From assembly GCA_001803565.1 (NCBI GenBank), contig MHDQ01000302.1, forward strand, positions 1-33,248: DNA of 33,248 nucleotides, read 5' to 3'. The position numbers and the translations under genes were made by a program. Each line of letters begins with the position of its first letter. Positions within the stretch are counted from its first letter, which is position 1. The notes under the pieces are model-generated. The model had not been told where the DNA came from and ran no database searches. It worked only from the letters and a program-made list of their open reading frames with translations. Positions 26,547 through 33,248 of the stretch are shown piece by piece. The stretch comes from Nitrospinae bacterium RIFCSPLOWO2_12_FULL_45_22 (GTDB lineage: Bacteria > 2-12-FULL-45-22).

Positions 26547-27495
26547 TAACCCTATCCTGGGACTGTTTTTCTTCCGCTCTTTTAAGGTTCTTATGAGCAG
26601 TCACGTATAAACTAGGTCTTAATTCAAGGGCCTTATTGAAATACCTTATGGCCTCGGGGTATTTTCCCTGCAGATAATAGATGTAGCCGATATTATTATA
26701 GGCTGGAGCTTCTTCCCCCCCCTTCTTGAATTCTTTCAAGGACTCTTCATATCTCCCCATCATGCCGTAAACCAAGCCTAGATTATTGTGGGCCTGGCGA
26801 TAATTCGGATAAAGGCTTAAGGCCGTTCTCAGGGGCTGAACAGCCTGTTCATATTGACCATTTAAGTAATAAGAGTAACCCAGGTTGTTAAGAAGGGATA
26901 TATTTTCCGGATAAATCCCCAATGCTTTTTGATAGCTATCAATGGCTCGCTTATGCTGACCCTTTCGGTTGTATATTACCCCAAGGCTATTGTGAGACCT
27001 CCATAGATTAGGTTGCATAGCTATGGCCTTATTAAAATCCTCCTCTGCTTTTAATAAATCATTTTGCGCCAGCCAGGCCGACCCCCTCCCTTCATGGGCC
27101 AGGGCTTGCTTAGCGTTAAGTTTCAAGGCCTGGTTAAAGACTTCGACCGCCCCTTCAAAATTCTCTGATTTAAGACAAATAACCCCGGTCTTTAGAAGTA
27201 CCCTCTCTTGCTTGGGATCAATGGATAGGGCCTTAACATATTGGTAGAGGGCGGCGCCTAATTCCCCATTTTTGTACAGTAAGTCCCCCTTCTTTTCATA
27301 CTCCGAGGGATTCTTCTTATTTTTCTCCTGGGTAGATTCCATTTCCCAGGCTATACTTTCTCTCTTGGTCTGCAATTTAATAAGTTCTTTTATATCACGA
27401 TTATTGGGGGGGGTATTCTGGGGTGAGATGTGAATGCAAGCTGATCCTCCAATCATTAATATAAGAACCCCGGAAACCCACGATCTAAGGAACAT
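26539..27495 (-). CDS. tadD: TPR-repeat (lipo)protein, TadD-like
   Basis: N-terminal signal/lipobox-like GGSAC; six or more TPR units; lies immediately downstream of tadC on the same strand. Confidence 0.6.
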   Translation of the reverse strand: MFLRSWVSGVLILMIGGSACIHISPQNTPPNNRDIKELIKLQTKRESIAWEMESTQEKNKKNPSEYEKKGDLLYKNGELGAALYQYVKALSIDPKQERVLLKTGVICLKSENFEGAVEVFNQALKLNAKQALAHEGRGSAWLAQNDLLKAEEDFNKAIAMQPNLWRSHNSLGVIYNRKGQHKRAIDSYQKALGIYPENISLLNNLGYSYYLNGQYEQAVQPLRTALSLYPNYRQAHNNLGLVYGMMGRYEESLKEFKKGGEEAPAYNNIGYIYYLQGKYPEAIRYFNKALELRPSLYVTAHKNLKRAEEKQSQDRVNE

Positions 27496-27552
27496 CTTGT
27501 ACCCTTTCAGCCATTTTAACAGAGATACTTTGACGGTTAGGTTACTTCAGGA

Positions 27553-28533
27553 TTATGGTTGCATAAAGGTTCGAAATACTGCGATGAGAGGGGGCCCTAA
27601 AATAACAATAAATAGACTAGGAAAAATAAAAAGCGCCAGGGGAAAGATGAGCTTTACCGGAATTTTAGCGGCTTTTTCCTCTGCCCTTAGCTGCCTTTTT
27701 GTTCTAAGTACATCGGAATGCACCCTCAAAGATTGGGCAATACTGGTACCAAAGCGATCTGCCTGGATTAACATAGTTACTAATGACTCCACATCTTCCA
27801 CCCCCGTCCTCCAGGCCAGGTTTTTCATAGCATCTTCCCTAAGTTTGCCCGCGCGCAATTCAAGATTAAGTAAATAGAATTCCTCGGCTAGGGGTCTACT
27901 GGTTAATCTTATCTCCTCCCCTACCCGGAGGATGGCAGCATCTAACCCCAGCCCGGCTTCAACACAAACTACCATCAGGTCCAGGGCATCTGGAAAGGCA
28001 TTAGTGACATCCCTTTGGCGCCCTGAAGTTTTCCATTTCAAATAGATAGTTGGCAAATAATAACCCAAAGCTGCCAGAAAAAAGGCAACGAATAAAAGTT
28101 CTTCGGGAGAAATTTTTCCATAGAAGACCTTACTGAATAAAAATAGCCCCGGAAATAACAAGGTTAAGAGGGCCTTAATCCCGTAAAAGATGCCTATTGC
28201 CTCATTTCTCCTAAACCCTGCATTGACCAACCTTTTTCTGGTAATAGACCTTCTCCATTCATCCTTAGGAACGGCTAATTTCCCCAGAGGGGTGAGGATC
28301 TTTTTTACAACTACTGAATCTTCCCGGAGGAAGGCCTTGGCATATGAGGTTCTTGGAGGCGAGGAATTGCTAGAGATGCGCTTCCAGCGCTTGGTTAAAG
28401 GGTCTCTTCTTCCCAGCGTAATAATTAAGAGAAATACCCCCATAAAGCTCAGAAATATTAATATTATAATGGATAGGTAATAATAATCGGTTTCTGACAT
28501 TATACCCTGGACGAAATCTATTAAATTATCCAT
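27553..28533 (-). CDS. tadC: Tad pilus assembly inner-membrane protein TadC (T2SSF domain)
   Basis: PDALDLMVVCVEAGLGLDAAI T2SSF motif, three TM segments. Confidence 0.85.
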   Translation of the reverse strand: MDNLIDFVQGIMSETDYYYLSIIILIFLSFMGVFLLIITLGRRDPLTKRWKRISSNSSPPRTSYAKAFLREDSVVVKKILTPLGKLAVPKDEWRRSITRKRLVNAGFRRNEAIGIFYGIKALLTLLFPGLFLFSKVFYGKISPEELLFVAFFLAALGYYLPTIYLKWKTSGRQRDVTNAFPDALDLMVVCVEAGLGLDAAILRVGEEIRLTSRPLAEEFYLLNLELRAGKLREDAMKNLAWRTGVEDVESLVTMLIQADRFGTSIAQSLRVHSDVLRTKRQLRAEEKAAKIPVKLIFPLALFIFPSLFIVILGPPLIAVFRTFMQP

Positions 28534-28550
28534 CCTTGTCTCCCCAACCC

Positions 28551-29525
28551 TTAAACTTCAATCTTGATGATTCTCCACATAGAGAAAATGCCAAAGCCCA
28601 TAAGGATTAACCCGGTATATATTAAATAAGGCCCAATGGGGTCTTTGAGGAGAGGAGAGGTAAAATCAGGGAAAAGGAAGGACAGGATAGCTGCCAGAAA
28701 AAATGGCAGGAGGGTTAATATCCAACCGGTTAACTTTCCCTGGGCTGCCAGGACCCTTATTTTCCCAAATAGCTTAAACCTCTCCCGGATAACATAGCTG
28801 GTTTTTTCTAATATCTCGGCTAGATTCCCCCCACTTTCTCGCTGAATAATTACCGCAATAGTAAAATATTTCAAATGCATAGAATCCCAGCGGAAGGATA
28901 AATTCTCTAAGGCCTCTTTGACAGAAAGGCCAAAATTAATCTCATCGAAGGTAGTACCAAATTCTGACCCAATCGGGTCCGACATTTCTTCCGCTATCAT
29001 TTGCAAGGCTCGGCTGAAGGCGTGGCCAGACCTCAAGGCTCGGACTATCAAATCCAGGGCATCGGGAAGCTGGGCTTCGAAGCGATTTAACCTCCTCTTT
29101 CTTGCATATAGCAAGTATAAAAAGGGGAGGACCCCAAAACCTAACACTCCTATCCCCTTGAGGATAATCTGTCTTCGGAAAAACCACCAGCCCGCAAGGG
29201 CCCCCACTATACTGAACAGCAAGGATAATACCAGAAATTGGTGAACATTAATATTAGTCCCGGATTGGACTATTAGCCGGTCAAGCCTCCCGATCCTTGG
29301 AATCCTCAACAGTAACCGGTGGATATAAGGCATTCCACTTAAATCACGCCTCCTCAAAATATTAGTACGATTACTCCCCTTTACCCCTCCGGCGGATAGC
29401 AGCCTTAGACGTTTATTGATTTTTTGGCTCCCAGGGTCTCTCAGATTTTTCCAGCTTAGATAAAGCAGATCTATAAGCAAAAAGGCGGCCAAAAACATTA
29501 GCATGGCAATAATATACAAAAGCAT
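28551..29525 (-). CDS. tadB: Tad pilus assembly inner-membrane protein TadB (T2SSF domain)
   Basis: PDALDLIVRALRSGHAFSRAL T2SSF motif. Confidence 0.85.
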   Translation of the reverse strand: MLLYIIAMLMFLAAFLLIDLLYLSWKNLRDPGSQKINKRLRLLSAGGVKGSNRTNILRRRDLSGMPYIHRLLLRIPRIGRLDRLIVQSGTNINVHQFLVLSLLFSIVGALAGWWFFRRQIILKGIGVLGFGVLPFLYLLYARKRRLNRFEAQLPDALDLIVRALRSGHAFSRALQMIAEEMSDPIGSEFGTTFDEINFGLSVKEALENLSFRWDSMHLKYFTIAVIIQRESGGNLAEILEKTSYVIRERFKLFGKIRVLAAQGKLTGWILTLLPFFLAAILSFLFPDFTSPLLKDPIGPYLIYTGLILMGFGIFSMWRIIKIEV

Positions 29526-29640
29526 TCTATTACCCTTCCTTTATTAGTAAGCCTTCCATCGTCAGCATCCCCATCACCTAACACCCGATAGCTCTGACCC
29601 ATTTTAGCTGAAAGCTGACGTCAGATAACTGGACGCTTAC

Positions 29641-31014
29641 CTAAAATTTATGTTTATATAATTCATATCCTTCAAAAATTTCCGGATCAATCTTTATTCC
29701 ATAACTCTCCATACGCTGCAAAAATTTTGGTCTTATCCCCGTAGTCCGGAATTGTCCCTGGACAGCTCCATCCGGGGAGATTCCCGTCTGTTGGTAAGAG
29801 AATATCTCTTGCATGGTAATAATATCTCCCTCCATCCCGGTGATTTCCTGGATACTGGTTACTTTTCTATTGCCGTCACTTAGTCTGCTAGTCTGGATTA
29901 CTACCTCCAGGGCGGAGGAGATATATTGCCGTAATGTCTTGGTAGGCAGGTCAAAACCCGACATAGCAACCATGGTCTCCACTCGACTTAAGGCATCCCG
30001 GGCAGCATTAGCATGAATAGTAGTTAATGATCCATCATGCCCAGTATTCATCGCCTGCAACATATCTAATGCCTCAGCACCTCTCACTTCTCCTACAATT
30101 ATCCTATCAGGACGCATCCGGAGGCTATTTATGACCAGATCGTGTTGGGTGACCGCCCCTTTCCCTTCGATATTGGGCGGCCTTGTCTCTAAGCGCACCA
30201 CATGCTCTTGTTGGAGCTGGATCTCAGCGCTATCTTCAATTGTAACTATTCTCTCATCCGAAGGGATAAAATTTGATAGGACATTCAATAAGGTGGTTTT
30301 ACCTGATCCTGTGCCACCAGAAATAAGGATATTGAGCCGGGACCGTACCATCCCTTTCAGTAACTCGGCCATAGCCGGGGTAATACTTTTGAGCTCTATC
30401 AAGTCGTTCATTTTAAGGGGGTCCCGGGCAAACTTCCTGATAGATAGAATAGGACCGTCCAGGGCCAGAGGCGGTATGATGGCATTCACCCTGGAGCCAT
30501 CAGCTAAACGGGCATCTACCATAGGGCAGGATTCGTCCACCCGCCTGCCTATGGTTGATACAATCTTATCAATGATCTTCATCAGGTGGGAATCGTCCTT
30601 AAATCTACTATCAGTTACTTCAAGTTTGCCAAATCTCTCTACATAGACCTGATTGTAAGTATTAACCAGAATATCAGAGATAGTGGGATCTTGCAGTAAA
30701 GGTTCTAAGGGGCCCAGGCCCATTACTTCATGCTGGACTTCTCGAATGATCTTCTCCCTTTCCAGAAGACTAAGGGGGGTGGTTTCTTCCCATAAGATCC
30801 GTTCTACTAAATCCTTTATCTCTCTTAACAACTGAGCTTCATCAATGGTATCTATCAAGGATAGGTCTATCATATCAAGTAGTTTATGGTGAATCCGGGA
30901 CTTCATCTCCTGATAAGTAGAATCCGCTACCGGTTTGAGGGGTTTCTTTCTTAGCATAAGGGTATTAGATGACAAGCTGTTAATATTCCCTAAACGCTCT
31001 TTTAAGGCCACCAT
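29641..31014 (-). CDS. cpaF: CpaF/TadA secretion ATPase
   Basis: Walker [15 protein letters not shown], Asp box, His box of VirB11/CpaF family. Confidence 0.9.
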   Translation of the reverse strand: MVALKERLGNINSLSSNTLMLRKKPLKPVADSTYQEMKSRIHHKLLDMIDLSLIDTIDEAQLLREIKDLVERILWEETTPLSLLEREKIIREVQHEVMGLGPLEPLLQDPTISDILVNTYNQVYVERFGKLEVTDSRFKDDSHLMKIIDKIVSTIGRRVDESCPMVDARLADGSRVNAIIPPLALDGPILSIRKFARDPLKMNDLIELKSITPAMAELLKGMVRSRLNILISGGTGSGKTTLLNVLSNFIPSDERIVTIEDSAEIQLQQEHVVRLETRPPNIEGKGAVTQHDLVINSLRMRPDRIIVGEVRGAEALDMLQAMNTGHDGSLTTIHANAARDALSRVETMVAMSGFDLPTKTLRQYISSALEVVIQTSRLSDGNRKVTSIQEITGMEGDIITMQEIFSYQQTGISPDGAVQGQFRTTGIRPKFLQRMESYGIKIDPEIFEGYELYKHKF

Positions 31015-32225
31015 TATTCTCTTCCTCCTCTTTCTTTAGAATGGACAGAAAATCCTCCGAAAAGCCGCCATGTACTTTTCTTCTTTCTCTTTACCTGGGA
31101 GATTATTTCCCCAGTTGTAATAAAGCTTTTCGAGATCTCGTCTTTGGCATTACTATCAACCAGCGGGACCCCCTGGTTAATGGACAACTCTACCCGGGCA
31201 AAGTTATTAGGAATCTTATAGTCGAATTTATGATTCAAGGTCTTTTCTACCTCGTTAAGAGAAAAACCACTATCTTTCTGGTAGCGATTTAACAATAGTT
31301 TAATCTTTTCTGGGCTGTAACAGAGACGATCGAAGAGAAAAAGATATTTCTTGGTATTATGCAGGGCGGGGATAGTGAGTTGGGTTACCAGTATTATCTC
31401 ATCCGATAAATCGAGGGCTTTGATAGTTAATTCGCTCAAATATCTATCGGTATCAATTATAATATAGTCGAAACTTGTCTTACAGAGTCTTAAAATCTTT
31501 TCCACATGAGATGGCGGAATAAGCTCAGAATCCTCTACTTCTTGCGAGGTACCTAGTAGATAAAGACCAGAGGAGTGTCTCGCCAGCCCAGTCTCTAAAA
31601 ATGTCTGATCAACCCTTTCTATATCCCTAACAAAATCCCAGAGGGTGGTTATCGGGTTTAGGTCTAAGAAGAGGTGTAAATGACCAAACTGAATATTTAG
31701 GTCCAAGAGGACAATCTTTTTGTTCTCTTCCAGTAAGAGCATACTCTTGGCCAGGTTCACAGAAATAGTAGTCGAACCGGCACCTCCGGAACAGCCTATC
31801 ACAGATATAATTTTCCCCTGGGTTCCTTTGCTCTCAAGCTGGCTCTCTTTGGTCTCTCGCACCCGCTCAATAGCAGCCCTCAGCTCTTCTGCTTTAATAG
31901 GTAGGGAGAGGAAATCTTTGGCCCCGATCTTCAGGGCAGCCCGTAAGGTTTGAGGGTCTTGATTGGTGGAGATAAAAAAGAGAGAAATTCCAGGTTCTTT
32001 CTTGAGGATATTCTCAGCCATCTCCATCTCCCTCTGCATATCAACCTCACCTAAGTGCAAGAGCAAGATATCAGGAGAAAATTTTTGGATAATAGGAAGG
32101 GACCCCTGGACATGGGAGCGATGGAGGGAAAAATCTACCCCCCCTATCTCCTCCAGAAGCCATTTCGTGCTGGCTAGAAGCTCAGCATCCGGGCTTAAAA
32201 GCAGCAGCTTTAAACTCTCTCCCAT
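31014..32225 (-). CDS. cpaE: CpaE/TadZ: N-terminal receiver-like domain + MinD/ParA-type ATPase
   Basis: [18 protein letters not shown] deviant Walker A; stop/start overlap with cpaF. Confidence 0.85.
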   Translation of the reverse strand: MGESLKLLLLSPDAELLASTKWLLEEIGGVDFSLHRSHVQGSLPIIQKFSPDILLLHLGEVDMQREMEMAENILKKEPGISLFFISTNQDPQTLRAALKIGAKDFLSLPIKAEELRAAIERVRETKESQLESKGTQGKIISVIGCSGGAGSTTISVNLAKSMLLLEENKKIVLLDLNIQFGHLHLFLDLNPITTLWDFVRDIERVDQTFLETGLARHSSGLYLLGTSQEVEDSELIPPSHVEKILRLCKTSFDYIIIDTDRYLSELTIKALDLSDEIILVTQLTIPALHNTKKYLFLFDRLCYSPEKIKLLLNRYQKDSGFSLNEVEKTLNHKFDYKIPNNFARVELSINQGVPLVDSNAKDEISKSFITTGEIISQVKRKKKSTWRLFGGFSVHSKERGGRE

Positions 32226-32243
32226 TATCTCCTCCCCTTGTAG

Positions 32244-32729
32244 TTATAGCCACCCCGCGGGGACAGCCCCCAGGCTTTCCCGCGGTAGGGTAGTAGAAAA
32301 ACCAGGGAGCGGTATCTCTACCGGAATACCAAAAAAGCCGGATACTACGGATTTAAATTTATAGTTGATTATACTAACCCGAACATAACGGACATTCGCA
32401 TAGGTATTTGTACTACCATAACTACTATTCAGGTAATCAACCGCTACATTTGCTGGAGTCAGCTTGGGCTGGATCAGACTTCTATTATTAATGTTATCTA
32501 TAATATCGTCTACTGTTGCAGGCTTATAAGCGCCCCCTTCAAAGCCCGCTACTATCGCCTCCCGGGTGCCCCACCGGGTGGCCTCGACAATCGTACCCCA
32601 GGTATAAAGGGCCCGGCCGAATTCCATCACCCCCAGGACTATGGGTAAAAAGGTTAACAGCAGCACTAGAGGGAATTCTACCAGGGTTTGTCCTTCCTGC
32701 GAACACTTTCTTCTCGTCCTATTCCTCAT
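32244..32729 (-). CDS. TadE/TadG-like pseudopilin
   Basis: GQTLVEFPLVLLLTFLPIVLGVMEFGRALY TadE-like N-terminus; start taken at the internal Met with an aaggag RBS. Confidence 0.7.
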   Translation of the reverse strand: MRNRTRRKCSQEGQTLVEFPLVLLLTFLPIVLGVMEFGRALYTWGTIVEATRWGTREAIVAGFEGGAYKPATVDDIIDNINNRSLIQPKLTPANVAVDYLNSSYGSTNTYANVRYVRVSIINYKFKSVVSGFFGIPVEIPLPGFSTTLPRESLGAVPAGWL

Positions 32730-32820
32730 CGTTAGATACTCCTTTATTTTCGTTCTACGTTCTATGTTGAGAGCAAACGTAGAGAACACCAGAAGGTTCT
32801 AACCCTTTACCCTTATCTTA

Positions 32821-33237
32821 TTAAGGTGAAAATAGATAAGGCATGGTTATTTCCGGGCTTAAATTGACCGTAAAGGGAATAATGCCCGGGACCAGGGACT
32901 GGAATTGATACCCCTGGATCCTCACGGTTATATACTGAGGTATAGCACCGGTATAAACGATTGCTACCTTACCGGTCGTCAACCCGGATAGCAGGGGAGC
33001 CCCCGTTCCAGTGCTATTGCCGTAAACCACTAAATTCTTGGCATTTGCGATTTCCCCTGGCAAATTTGATTGTTTGATAATATAGCGGCCCCCATCCCGG
33101 ATGGTCTTAGCCAGGGTATTGTATTGATAGAAGGCCCGGCCAAATTCTGTAATACCAAAGACCATCAGCAGTAATACGATCAGGACGATGGCCATTTCGA
33201 TAGTGCTGACCCCGCGATTATTCTTTAGCCTTCCCAT
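32821..33237 (-). CDS. TadE-like pseudopilin
   Basis: RGVSTIEMAIVLIVLLLMVFGITEFGRAFY TadE-like N-terminus; operon continues beyond the window end. Confidence 0.7.
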   Translation of the reverse strand: MGRLKNNRGVSTIEMAIVLIVLLLMVFGITEFGRAFYQYNTLAKTIRDGGRYIIKQSNLPGEIANAKNLVVYGNSTGTGAPLLSGLTTGKVAIVYTGAIPQYITVRIQGYQFQSLVPGIIPFTVNLSPEITMPYLFSP

Positions 33238-33248
33238 ACCGCCGATGG

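Noticed and set aside
27023-30646. Plus-strand ORFs within the tad locus (27023..27247, 27434..27877, 28190..28480, 28918..29244, 29813..30016, 30131..30646, 31041..31292, 31720..31953, 31963..32364, 32516..32770)
   Set aside because: All are antisense to Tad genes with unmistakable family motifs. They have no RBS and are low-complexity.
1-33248. CRISPR arrays, rRNA, IS elements/transposases, integrases
   Set aside because: No direct-repeat/spacer periodicity, no rRNA-like conserved blocks, and no transposase/integrase-like ORFs were seen. The only repeats are the short REP-like or palindromic families and the intragenic LytR_C duplication.

Overview
The window (33,248 nt) appears to be bacterial and contains three distinct blocks. 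No taxon can be assigned from sequence alone, and there are no rRNA, tRNA or CRISPR arrays.

(1) Positions 1..9541, + strand: a densely packed, largely translationally coupled cluster of gas-vesicle (Gvp) homologues. It contains GvpF/L (5'-truncated by the window edge), GvpG, GvpO, two GvpJ/M-type small proteins, an Hsp20 (GvpH-like), GvpK and a second long GvpF/L. Interleaved with these are components I do not recognise as canonical gas-vesicle parts:
- a tandem pair of single-domain ArsA/GET3-type P-loop ATPases;
- three zinc-ribbon proteins, one of them fused to the C-terminus of a GvpA/J-fold protein;
- a divergent stand-alone DnaK;
- a second Hsp20.
No GvpN (AAA+) or GvpC is present in the window. 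A 31-nt stretch and its encoded motif 'DR[RQ]GFLTPQK' are shared between the N-terminus of the second ArsA-like ATPase and the N-terminal extension of the second GvpF/L. Two genes are preceded by a ~70-nt near-identical upstream element.

(2) Positions 9.7..21.2 kb, housekeeping and repair genes: an exported double redoxin/FMN-binding protein, a B12-binding radical SAM enzyme, RNase E/G with a long leader, TsaD, and a coupled run of a 2-hydroxyacyl-CoA-dehydratase-like protein, an Nth-like glycosylase, a Mut7-C RNase, an EndoQ-like nuclease and an SPL-like radical SAM.

(3) Positions 21.3..33.2 kb, - strand: secreted and coiled-coil proteins, a TPR lipoprotein with an internally duplicated LytR_C module, a small secreted protein, a large polytopic membrane protein, a TadD-like TPR protein, and a Tad/Flp pilus assembly locus (TadC, TadB, CpaF, CpaE, two TadE-like pseudopilins) that continues past the window end.

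Several short palindromic repeat families (REP-like) recur in intergenic regions.
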